From: Azolla caroliniana
Taxonomy: Eukaryota > Plantae > Polypodiophyta
Length of the DNA stretch: 64,000 nucleotides
Reading direction: 5' to 3'
NCBI GenBank assembly: GCA_043228905.1
Contig: JBHGNT010000012.1
Span: 1,612,001 to 1,676,000 of the forward strand
Numbering within the stretch: the stretch's first letter is position 1; the number at the start of each line of letters is the position of its first letter. Below the pieces are notes generated by a model. The model saw only the letters and a list, made by a program, of their open reading frames with translations. It made no database searches and was not told the origin of the DNA. A program made the translations under genes and the position numbers. Shown piece after piece: positions 12,779 to 24,600 of the stretch.

Positions 12779-13034
12779 CAATTAATCACATTCTCTGTCT
12801 TAGTCAAGTTCAATTAATCACATTCTCTGTCTTAATCAAGTTCAATTAATCACATTCTCTGTCTTAGTCAAGTTCAATTAATCACATTCTCTGTCTTAAT
12901 CAAGTTCAATTAATCACATTCTCTGTCTTAATCAAGTTTAATTAATCACATTCTCTGTCTTAATCAAGTTCGATTAATCACATTGTTTGACTTAATCAGG
13001 TTCAATTAATCACATTCTTTGTCTTAATCAAATT
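12779..13034. repeat. Tandem minisatellite, 8 x 32 bp
   Basis: Unit caattaatcacattctctgtctt(a/g)(a/g)tcaagtt starts at 12779, 12811, 12843, 12875, 12907, 12939, 12971 and 13003. It ends ~70 bp before the transposase ATG. Confidence 0.95.
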
Positions 13035-13101
13035 CACTTCATCATACTCTCTGTCTTTAATTACCTCTGACTAATCACTACAAGAATTAGAAGTTATCGA
13101 G

Positions 13102-16026
13102 ATGAATCCAAATGAAGTAGATTTCATCACGTCCTTGTATGATTCTGAGGATGGTTATGCATCACCATACTCCGCAACCATTGACGAAGACTTGGATTCG
13201 TTTGCATCCGAAGACTATGAGTCGGCTTCATCCGAAGAAGAGGCGGAGGAGGTTGATCCCTTCATGTACTGTTCGGCGAGGTATTTTGCGTTCACAAGAG
13301 TTACGTACGATTTAATGCTTAAAGATTTATCAGATCAAGTTAAGGTAATGTTTGAAACATTAAACACAATTGCAAGGGGTGCACCTCTTAATTTACATGC
13401 ATGGCGGCGCATGAAGAGTCATCTCACGCTTAGAAATGAGAATGCAATACACCTTAAGGCATCACCTCATCTTCATGTTACGCACATAGAGGAATGGAGG
13501 GAGATAGTACTGGCGTCACATTGTGGCGCATCGCACCGTTCTTTGACGGGTACTCTGACAGAGTTAAAGAGACTTTGGTCCAATGACCTTCGTGACCATG
13601 GGATCCCTAGTGCGTATGTGAAAGCAGTGGTTGACTGATGTGGTTGTCAAGTTGTGTCAAGGTTAACTCCATCTGACATGGAGGGGACAAGTGTCGTGAA
13701 ATATAAAAAGTCTAGACCCATAGAAGTGATCAAGATAGAGGCCCATAATGTTGATGATACACTCATAGACGTTCAATTGAGGTATCACACACGCTTCCAT
13801 ACAGGGGCCACAAGGGGTGCACATGTGACTAGGTATAATTGTCACCGATCCGGTGTGGCCAACAAGCAATATCCGTGCACTCGACATAGAAAGAATTCAT
13901 CCCGATGTGGGTGTACTTTTCATGTGAACGCTTGAATGAATGACGGGGTTGACCATGGGACAATGACCCTTTCAATATATGAACCTCATACGGCTCATGT
14001 ACCGGGAAGTAGACTAGATGCGTACTATTTGCCGGTGGCCCCAAATGTTATAAGTTGTTGCCGAGATGACCTTTTTATGTTGGATGCACACGACATGTGG
14101 CACGGATGAGCATGCGTAAGGAAGCATATCATAAGTCCAAGGCTAGTTCATTAGACCTTGTGAGTTATAGGTTCTTTATGATACCAAAGGAGGTACATAA
14201 CATGGCCAAAAAGTTAAAAATTGGGAGTGTTATGTGTGAAGTTGATTGTTCTTTGATGATGCAAGATGCCTATGCCCTCCGAGATCTTGGGAAGGTGGCT
14301 CATGTCCAACCCTACTTGCCTGGTGAATATGGATCTCCCGCAAGGCAACCGTTCATCTTGGTGCTCCAAGATGAATGGATGTTAGAGATGTGTGAGCGAT
14401 TGTCAATAAACAACTCTTGGGCAATCGATTCCACGTTTAAAACAAACCAATTTGGCTTGCCATTATATGCAACTATGGCCCCAAATGCTGTGGGAGTTGG
14501 TACCCCATTATGGTACATGATATGTAGTTCTAATAAGGGGTCTAACCATGAGCAAGTAGCTTTAGAAACTTGCTTGAGAGTCATATTTGCACGGATGCCC
14601 AATGTGAGGCCAAATGCCATAGTCCTTGATAAAAGTTGGACATCATATAATGCCATAAGTAATGTGGTTGCGACAGACCGATTATCTTGGATAGTTACAA
14701 ATGGGCAAAGGTCACAAACACATTGTTGACTTTTGTTGTGTCAGTTCCATGCAAAAAAAAGATGGTTGGACAACTTGTTGCCAAAGGTAAGTACAACTGA
14801 GAGAAACCATCTTTATAATCGGATGTGCCAACTCATGCAATGCATTACGGAATCCACATTCAATGCCCAATGTGAGGAGTTAAAGGTAGAATATGCAAAA
14901 AAGCCAAGTGTTTGGCAATATATAGAAGGAGGATGGTGTGGCTTGACATGTGTGTGGAGGAAACTGTGGTCCAAATTTGGTAGAATTTTCAACTACGGAC
15001 ATGTTCACACTACCAATCTTGTGGGAGAGACATTGGCAGTTTATCAAATATACTGCCTTGAGAGGGAGGATAAACCGATCAATTACCAATCTTGTGCATG
15101 TTTTAATTGGGGACAATCAAACTGGCACTTGCATCAGGGTACTGTTATTGAATGGTACAAGCAACGACAAGAAATATGTGAGAGTGGTAGATTTGCACCC
15201 CGTGCAAATTGTAGGGATCATACAACAAGACTTAAAGAGGCAGTGAGGCTACTAGAGAGGTATCAAACTAATGATGCAACAATGCATATTGTGGACGAGC
15301 CCCAATATTGGTTTAAAATATTGAGCTTGACAAAACCGAATGTATGGTATAATGTATCGTTCCAATGCTCATATTGTGATTGCCAAGACCCTACGAGTAA
15401 ATGTAAGCATATACTCGGCATCAGGATGATTATTGAGAGGCACATGCCACATCTATGTGGGTCATTGCCCTTTATAGCTCATGCAACCCATATGTGCAAT
15501 GACCATTTCACAGAGATGGAAGTGGAGATAAAGGTAGAACTGGTCGAGGAGACAAACCTTATAACATCACAAATGGAGGAATGGGTGTCAAAATCACAAA
15601 CGGCTGAGGGGGCTATTCAATGTCTTAGGCAAGGGTTATGATCCCTCAACCGTGCAACAATTTTGGCATGTGTGGAGTCCATTGAAGAAATGAATCAGAC
15701 GGTGGTGTATCATGCAGGTGCACCGAAACCAACCAATGAAGAAGACTGTGGATCTGTAAGGCGTAAACAAGCAATTGGTGCAAAAAGGGGAGCATCAGTC
15801 AACATTTCACAAGATCTTATTGGCAGCTCCCCAAACACTTCCAAGGCACACACTGGAAAAATGCAAAGAGGCACAAGTTGAGCTAGGAGGCGGTTGCCAA
15901 TATGTGCGACAGAGAAGATTCGATGCTTGCAATGTGATGCCTTGACCTTTAGATCAAGGGACTCAAATGTTGATTGTTGCAAGAATTGTGGCCGCATCTT
16001 GCCATCATCTCCGGATGAGCCATAAA
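13102..16026 (+). pseudogene. MULE (MuDR-type) transposase pseudogene with SWIM zinc finger
   Basis: Motifs in order: YNCHRSG...CGCTFHV...HTAH (WRKY/GCM1-like zinc finger), WAIDSTFKTNQFGLPLY (first D), PNAIVLDKS (second D), CQFHAKKRW (CxxH), HTTNLVxRHW (E region) and YNVSFQCSYCDCQDPTSKCKH (SWIM). In-frame TGA stops at 13636, 13933 and 14727, plus frameshifts. Confidence 0.9.
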
Positions 16027-16959
16027 CATAGCTTGAGTGGTTTTGCGGACTAGTGCATTTGGGTTTACAATGTTTAAAGTGGATTTATGTTGATTTATGA
16101 GTGCACTTGGGAGTATGTCATATGTTGATTTATGTTTTCAGTTTCTTGTTTCAAGTATGTCACATGTTGATTTGGGTTTACGATGTTTAAAGTGGATTTA
16201 CGTTCAAAGGATGTCATATGTTGATTTATTTTTCAAGAATGTCATATGTTGATTTATGTTTTAAGTTTTATGTTTCAAATATGTTGTATGTAGATTTATG
16301 TTTCAAGTATGTCATATTTTGATTCATGTTTCAAGTATGTTATAAGTTTATCTCTATTTTAAGTTTTATGTTTTTTAACTTTTAACTTTTATGTTTTAAG
16401 ATGATTATTTGTTTTATGTTAAGTATGGTGAAGATCGTCAATTTTGAATAATTTAAGGTTGGATTTTGTGACTGTTTGATATGTTATTGTAAGTTTTAAG
16501 GGTAATGATCAAGCTTATTTGAAGATTTTGGTCGAAATGATACATTTGGTTGGGCGACCTGCAAAGGTCAAGGTTGGGTGACCTACAACGGTTGGGCGAC
16601 TTGCAACGGTCAGAGTTAGGCGACCAACAACACAAAGTTGGGTGACCTCTGACAGGGTTTTTTTCACGCGTTCTTCCTTATCGAAATCTGACGGTGCAGA
16701 TCGCACGCGCCTTCCTCTGAGCGACCGGCACCATCTGTGGCTGCGATTCCCTCGCTAGCCCTCTTTATGATTTGATGCAGAATAGACACGAGCTACATAC
16801 ATACATATGATGGTGACTATTTTGCTTCTTGGGCTTGTGTCTATCTGCTACCAAATCAAAATTAGGGTTGGCAAGTGATTTGCTGCCAGAGATGGTGCAA
16901 GGCATGTTTCTGAGGTTGTGTGCAATCTGCACCATCAAATATTTATCTAAAAAAGCGCT

Positions 16960-17430
16960 CGAGTTTCCGATAGCCCGACTCTGGCAGCCTCAGTCACCAG
17001 TAGTAGCTTGGTTCAAATCAGGAGCCCAGTCGACTCAAGGCGAGAGCCCGACTCAAATTAGGAGCCCAATCAACTCAGGGCAAGAGCCCGACTCCAAGCC
17101 TGACATCAAAAACTTCGAAAATACCTTGAAGTGTAAGAAAAAACTCCGACTTCAAAATCGTCGAGTTTGAAATATATAAAACTTCCATCGCTAAATCTAA
17201 AACCCACGCAAACCTTCTTCCCAATGTAAAACAACAAGGAAGAGATCATTCCAAACACCGTTCTATCTTATGTTTAATTGAAACATTAAAATTTCAACCA
17301 CCAGTAATATCTCAGCCACCAAAGTTTCACTAATAGTCACGCTCCTGTCTTTGAATCGGGCCCCTGCCCTTTAAGTCAGGCTCCTCCCTTCGAGTGGAGC
17401 TCTTGCCTTTTAGTCGGGCTACTTGTCGAT
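16960..17430. mobile_element. Probable DNA-transposon terminal region with GAGCCCGACT subterminal repeats
   Basis: Direct copies of (g)agcccgact at ~16971, 17045 and 17084. Inverted copies (agtcgggct-like) at ~17355-17420. Confidence 0.4.
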
Positions 17431-17949
17431 GTGGGGTAGTGAAAATATGGCGAATAAAACATATACATTTTGATTAACATATTCATGTCATGATTTCAAA
17501 GTACCATGTATACACTTTGCTACCAATCGCCATATATACACTTTGAAACCACATAAAAAATGTTTCGGAATTGCTTCCTCGTTCATATGAATTGCTTATA
17601 CAAAGAATGTTGAATATACCATGTACAAAATGGTTGATATACAAGACGTTCTTACAATGTAATGGCTGGCAACCAAGATTTATCGATACAAATATGACAT
17701 TACAAAAATGGGAATATACAATATGGGATGGCAAGGCTAGTCCACCAGTTTAAGATATCGAAAACCGCAAAACCCAATGTGACTATTTCACTATACTCAT
17801 CCAAAGGAGCTCCATGTCTTCGTGTCCAAACCAATGCTTAGAACCCTACACCACAATACTTCTAAGAACCAATTCTCAAATCCAAATTTGGGCTACACTT
17901 ACAAAATCCAGAGATCCCAATGCATGCATGAACTCCTCAACTAGCATCC

Positions 17950-18564
17950 AAATTTTTTGCATCACGTAATAGCCTTAGTCAATCCCATTGTGTTGCGTTG
18001 GGATGTGCATTTTGTGATGTCTTCCCTCAGTTAGGATGCAATGGCCTCTAGGCGCACTACAAACTTCCGTACAACCATATCTGCCAAAGTCCCATGATCA
18101 TGTGGCTTTCCCAAATCCAATGTGGATAGTTCCAAGTTCTTCCTCACCTAAATCTGATGTAATATGTTAACATTAGGTTGAGTCTACCTCTTTCCATCAA
18201 ACTTGGATTTTCGCCCTTCTCAGTTTAGTTGGTGTCGATTCAAATGGTTGGCTTTGTCCACAATCGGTTGATAAACCACCATCATCTTTCGCCATTGCAA
18301 GCCTGTGAGTTTTCCACTAAAATACCGAAGTTTGGAATAAGCATATTAGTAAAGCCATACATTTAAAATGTCATCAATCTTGAGATTCATACTTACATAA
18401 GATTCATATCTAACAACAATCTTTAATTTGAGCTTCTCCATTCTTTGGTCCTTTATTGAGTCGTATATTGTCATCTTGTCTCGCATGAAATTGACATGAA
18501 TTCTGAATCCATGTAGGTTCAGAGTTCTTTTAGATATAGCGTGGATTTGGTTATTAGCTCTCAT
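17950..18564 (-). pseudogene. Ulp1/SENP-like (C48) cysteine protease remnant, transposon-associated
   Basis: The minus strand gives LNLHGFRIHVNFMRDKMTIYDSI (the HW...YDS His/Asp block, degraded) at ~18520-18455. It then gives HIPTQHNGID*GYYVMQKI (the Q...DCG Cys block, with Cys mutated to a stop) at ~18008-17950. Confidence 0.6.
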
Positions 18565-18933
18565 CTTCCAAAAAATGCTTTATTAATCATCGCCTTTCAT
18601 TATAGTTGTTGAAGAATGATGGCTCACTAGTCTTTCCATGAGTCGATTACTCTTCTTAGTAAGAATGTGAAATAAAACATATTATTTGTCTTCACTTTGT
18701 TTAAGAGAGTAATCGAGAGAGAGATATTAGTACTAATTGGATATCATTAAGTGAGTAAGCGGCTCAGAGGTATTTCACAACTATCTTCGCCCGATTCACC
18801 ACCAATAGGGTGTACGACATTGAAGGGAGGTAAAACTCCATCGGTTGATAGAAGTGCTTCCGTGAGGTGCACGGAATCGACACATCTATTTGGTGCCACT
18901 ATTAGGGAAACAACTAGCGCTTGACGCTATCGA

Positions 18934-21665
18934 TGTATTGAGCTAGGACCGTAAATAGATGAGAAAGATGTGCTGAAATATTCACACGGTAAACATAAAA
19001 CAACAAAATGCACAATACACTGTTTTATGTGGAAACCCTAAACAGGGGAAAACTACAGGAACATATATTCCACTATGTCAATGGGAGTACAGAGAGAAAA
19101 GAATATTACCAATCTCTAAAACTTAGATATTACCCCAAATTAGGGTTTAAGGCAATTTCCATTGAACTATGCCGCCGCTCACACGCGCGCTCTTGCGTCT
19201 CTCTCTTACTCTTTATTTCCTTCTATACAGAAGCTCAACGCTATGTTTTGCACAACACACTGAGTTTGCCCTAGCTTTGTATATTTATAGATAGGAGGTA
19301 AGCTATTATTATCATTATCTAATAATAATAATAATCATTAATCAGCCGACTACTCAACTAATCGATTTGACTAGCCGACTCTTATCTCCGCTATACAGTC
19401 GACCCGAGTAGTCGGTCTTATCTTCGACTTGGATCATCTATCCAATATCGTCGACTCTCCACGTCGACTCGCTGGTCGATCCGATCGACCATCCTGTCGG
19501 CCTGACCGGTTGACTTCATTCGACTGCTGACTTTTCCCAATTAGCTAGTTGGCCTCTCCCTTAGGAAGGACAAAATCCTAACAAACTCCCCCTTCACTCC
19601 TATGGCCAGAGTCGTCTAGTCCTGTCTTTTGTCGATAGACTCTGAGGTTGTCCATAGGTAGGTTTTTTGTGAGCATGTCGAGTCCATTATCATTAGACTT
19701 GTGGATCTTCACAAGGGTAAACTCCCCCTCATCCACCTTCTCTCGTAACCAGTGATACCTTCTCTATATATGCTTGGACCGGGAGTGGTACACGGCGTTC
19801 TCGGCCAAGCGTATGGCACTCTGATTATCGTAATGAAGTAAGAATATTTCTTGCCTCATTCCCAGTGTCGTGAAGATTTTGGGCTACGGTGAGAAACCGG
19901 GAAATATTGGAGGAATCGGCAAAGTGCACCATGTGCACCCACTCTTTTAGAACTTGTATAGGGAATAGGGCCGCCCTTATGGCGCTGAGCGGCAATAAAG
20001 TCGGGATGGAGGATCCCACGTATCACGGGATTTATCCCACATAATCACGCAACCCTCACCTTGTTCTATAAAAGGGAGGGCGCACTTCTTGTACAAGGGT
20101 TCCCACCCGTTGGGTCCCAAACAGTTTTGTTCCTCACTTTGAGGTTTCGATTAGTGTTAATGAACTTTTGTGTATAACGTCTTTCTCTATGCTCTATTCT
20201 TTGTTAGGGTTTCATCTTGGAGTGTGTGTTGTCTCTGTTTTCTGTTAGGGTTTTGGTGTCTTCTGTGTGAGTGTGTAGGTGGGGTGTTGGGTTGTGGCAG
20301 GTGGTGTGTGGACTGTCTGTGCTTTCCCCGAGTTCCTGCTCGTTGGCTCTCAGCACTCTGCTATCCGACATGTCTGTGAGTGTGTGTGTGTAGGTGTTGG
20401 CTTCTACCGCTTATGTAGAGCTTGCGCGCTAGGTAGTTCATTGGCTGGTCTCCCTCCTTGGCGCACAAGACCCCACTTGGTTTAGCGAGCCCATGCGCTC
20501 CCTGAAGGCGGCTTGGCACAGGAGGCGGTCGTTCTGGAAGAGGCGTGCCCTGTACGAGGGTCCCATGGCGCGGACAAGCCCAAGAGCTCCCCGACCAGCC
20601 CTAGGGTGCAGGCTCCCTCTTCCCCTCCGTGTGGAACTCGCATCGCAGCGAGCGGTGCGTGTGTAGGTGCGTGTGTCTCCGGTTAACGTAGGGTTCGAGA
20701 GCGGGTGCGTGTGTGGTCGCCGGTGTAGAGGTGCCGGTTGTAACTGGGTGTGTGTGTGTGGGCGCGGTTAACCGGGCCATGTCCCGTGCCTCTTTTGGGC
20801 CCCTTTTACATACGGGCGAAAAGGGTGGCAAGGACGAGGGTGCGCTCTCTCGCTTCCCATGCGGTTACCGGTCGTGTCCGGAGAGTATCCGGGATCGAAC
20901 CGACCGGCAATGCGGCAAGCCCCTAAAGATTCGGGTCCCCGACAACTCCTCCCCTCCTAGTTCATGACCCTGGCGGTCCCGCCCGGATCCGACATGCAGG
21001 CACAGATATTTGCGACACCAGTTCACTAAGAAAGTTCTTCATCCAAATCAGTTCTTTATTGGCCTCTACCAAAGCCATATACTCTGCCTCTGTGGTTGAC
21101 AAAGCCACCGCCTTCTACAACCTCGATTGCCATGGCATTGTTCCCCTTGCATAGGTCATCACGTAGCCTGATGTGGATTGGTTTGAGTCTACATCCCCTC
21201 ACATGCTTGAATCGGTAACCCTTCGAGCATAGGTTTTCCGACACCATACCTAAGGCACACCCTCGAGGTGCCTTTCAAGTACGTGAGTATCCACTTGACT
21301 GTTACCTAGTGTTCTCTTCCTGGATTACTCATGTATCGGCTTACTGCTCCCACAACAAATGCTATGTCTAGCCTCGTACAAACCATAACATCTCGACCTT
21401 TTCCTTCTCCCCTTTGGGGCATTGATTGGCATTCAACTTGTAGTTTGTCAACAACATAGAACCGACCGCCCTTGCTTCTGACATGTTGAATCTTTCCAAA
21501 ATCTTTGCCACATATTTTCCTTGTGACAACCATAGCACTTTTCTTAGTTCTGTCCCGAACTATGTGCATACCCAATATTTGTTTGGCCGGTCCAAGATCT
21601 TTCATGGCAAAGAATTTGCCTAGGGCTTTCTTTAAGATCACAATTTTCTTTGTGTCCTGCCTAAC
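18934..21665 (-). mobile_element. 5'-truncated Copia element: RT/RNase H, PPT and 3' LTR
   Basis: Translations include AMKDLGPAKQILGMHIVRDR, MVCTRLDIAFVVGAVSRYMSNPGREH, KELIWMKNFL and DNQSAIRLAENAVYHSRSKHI. The PPT ggagtgaagggggagtt (19584-19600) abuts the LTR start TGTTAGG at 19583. The distal LTR end (~18920-18970) is uncertain. Confidence 0.85.
19839..20994 (+). mobile_element. Solo LTR (1156 bp, probably Gypsy-type) inserted in the Copia RNase H
   Basis: Interrupts the Copia frame at the L-H-Y-D codons. Ends in ...ggatccgaCA and starts with TA (mutated TG). TATA box ctataaaaggg at ~20066. Flanks TGAAG/TGCAG (5-bp TSD with one mismatch). Confidence 0.7.
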
Positions 21666-21669
21666 TATT

Positions 21670-24600
21670 AACGGTTTATTCATAACATAGCATCCCCATG
21701 ATAGAACATTACCTGCTATTGATGCATCCACAGAAGCCCAATTCAACCGATGATGGCTACTAAGCAGAAAACCCCTTGAATTTGAAAAGAGAAAGTTCCA
21801 GATCAAGGGCTATCTCAACAAGTCGTCCGTTTTCAAATGCACCTTCCGAACTAGAAACTTTTTAACATCTGACCAACTTGTGAGAATTCCATTAAAAAAC
21901 ATATCTTCTGATAAGGTTGTTTTAAACAAATGAAAATTTTGAATAAAGCCCCATCTTAATGATGGTTGCCACTTTCCTCCTATTGTTGGACACATAGTAG
22001 ACAACCAATGCATCATCAACCAACTCCAAACACCTTGCATTGGCAACATAGCTCTAAACACAAATTTAGAAAGCAAAGCCTTACACTGTGCTTTTGGATC
22101 CACCAACCCCAACCCACCATTTTGTCGCGGAGCAATCAATACTGCCCAAGCTACTCTAGGCCTTTTACCTTGACTTGTTTTTCCTCCCCAAATGTAATTA
22201 CGAATGAGGCGTTGCACCTGTAAAATACATGATCTAGCAAACAATGTAGTTGAAGCAATATACCAAATAGTAGCTAAAAGAACTTGGTTAGCTACAAGTA
22301 CACGACCTACAAGTGACAAGTTAACCGAATCCCAAAGCAACAAGTTTCTCCTTAATTTTACAAGTAGAGGAGCAACTGACATATCTGCAGTAACATGAAG
22401 TCCCACTTGGCAGCCTAAGTAACGAGTAGTGGTTCCATTAGGAACCCACTTGAATTCCTGCAAAGGCATCCAAGTAAGCAAGGAATTTTGTGATACCCAA
22501 AAACCAAGAGATTTATGCCAATTTATCTTTGCTCGAGAGGCCAAACAGAATTCCTCCACTACTTCTTGCAATTTACTTAAATTTTCATCATTACCTTGAA
22601 CATAAATTGCAGTATCATCTGCAAATTCTGCATCCAACAATTGTTGTTGCGTGGCAAGCAAAGGCAAACCCTTCAGAGAAACTTGAGAAGAATTTAAATA
22701 CATTGAGAATGTTTCCATTACTAGCAAAAACAGGAATGGGGCCAATGGACAACCTTGATGTACAAAACGTGAAATAGAAAATTTTCTAGTTTGCCCACCA
22801 ACGACCAAGACTGAACTAAAGGCCTCACGATACAAGGAAGCTACAACCCTAATCCATTGAGCAGGAAAACCTAATCTCAAAAACGAACCTTCCATGAAGT
22901 CCCAATCAACTCTATCATATGCCTTCTCAAAATCTAATAAAAGTACCGCAAGATCTTCTTTATTCTTCATTGCCATCCCTATTAATTCCCAAAACAGAAA
23001 AATATTGTCAAAAATACTATGTTCTTGCATAAATCTTGTCAATGAATCATGCTCAATCTCTGGAAGAAAAGGTTGTAATCTCAAAGCCAATAACTTAACA
23101 TAAATTTTGTAAATTGTATTCAATAAAGTAATGGGCCGCCAACCCTTCACCTCATCCGTAACAACATCACCTTTCGGAATGAGGCATATTAATCCCTCTT
23201 TCCATTGTTGTGGCATAATACATGTATTGAACATTTCTTGAAATGCTGCCAGAAGACATCGGCAATCAAATCCCAATATGTAATGAAAAAATCTCTTCCC
23301 ATTCCATCTACTCCTGGGGACACATCTGGCCCAACACCTTTAATAGCTTGTAATATTTCAAAGGAGGAAAATGGACAAAGAAGTTGAAGCAATATCCGAG
23401 ATGTTACCTTAATCGCAATAGCAACCCATACTTTTTGGCGCATTTGTAGAGTTTTAACACTTGGAGTATCTGCTGATAACAACGACTCATAATAAGTGGC
23501 TACAATATGCCTCATTTCATCTCTATCCATTGTAACTGTGCCATCAGATCTTTTCAACTGTACAATTTGAATTTATTTCTTTTAGGCATAACATGTTGGG
23601 AATTTTTTTTTGACATGGTGTCACCTTTTGCACACCATCTTGCTGCAGATGCTTGAAGAAAGAATTGAGCACGAGAAAGAATTGAGCACGTTTTTGCTAC
23701 AAAGAAGAAATAAGCATCATAGCATTCTGTAATTCACAATGAATATATTGAGAATGAGGTTGTTTTTCTTGCAAAATTTGAAGAGAAATCAAACCTCTCT
23801 TAGCATTCAACAAATTTCTAGTGTAACTACTTTTTTTTATCTTAACTTGTTGTATAAAGAAGTTGGAAACTACGAGAAGAGCATTCTGTAATTTTTGACA
23901 ATTAGAATCCCCTACAACCATTCTCCAAAGTGACAAAACTGTATTATGCAAATTCATATCGTCAACAATAAACCTTGGCACATACAATCGAGAAATCGAA
24001 GTGTGGCTGTCCATACAGAATTTGAGCATAATCGAGGCATGATCAGAGAATGAAATGCCCGATATAATACCCACATATCCTCCACGATCCCAAAAGAAAG
24101 AATCTGCATAAAACCTATCTATTCTCGACAAATTAAGAGCGGCACTTCTTCGATTGGAATGTGAATATAGCAAGGAATCAGGCATGCGAGAGAAGGTAGG
24201 AATATGCCACAAATAAGTAACTTCATATTTGAAAATTAATTTCTCCCACTCACGCAATTCCAAACCCGAGACAGTAGTAGAAGATCCACCTAATCTATCA
24301 ATAGGGCTTTCGATCATGTTCCAATCACCACACATACATCAATGTTGTGCCACAGGAAGATCTTGCAATAACTTATTCCACAATTGAATTCTTGCAGTAG
24401 CAAAATTCAGAGCATATACATTCAAAAAACCAATCAATTTTCCAGAAATAAGAATAAGCATATACTGAACTCTACCACCAAACAAGACTCTAGCTTGTAC
24501 ATGAGACTGCCATTGCATTCTAACTGCGATACAAAGGCCACCTTGAGTACCAGAAGGTCCAAAAACCGGAACCCATTCATAAATCCAATTACCACGTAGT

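Larger units (their letters stand above)
8363..16793 (+). mobile_element. Mutator-like DNA transposon (MULE), 8.4 kb, with ~140-bp TIRs
   Basis: Left TIR 8363-~8500 (cgacgtgtctattctacatcaaatcataaagaggg...gataaggaagaac) is the near reverse complement of the right TIR ~16655-16793. TACATACAT flanks both ends (8354-8362 and 16794-16802), compatible with a 9-bp TSD. It contains a MULE transposase pseudogene. Confidence 0.92.

Noticed and set aside
12779-13034. 32-bp repeats as a CRISPR array
   Set aside because: The units are head-to-tail with no unique spacers, there are no cas genes and the context is eukaryotic. It is a minisatellite.
19839-20994. TSD-less (DIRS- or Helitron-like) insertion
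   Set aside because: Clean removal does restore a Copia frame, but the flanks TGAAG/TGCAG also fit a 5-bp TSD with one mismatch, and the ends fit T(G>A)...CA. A solo LTR is more parsimonious, and no Helitron CTAG end was seen.
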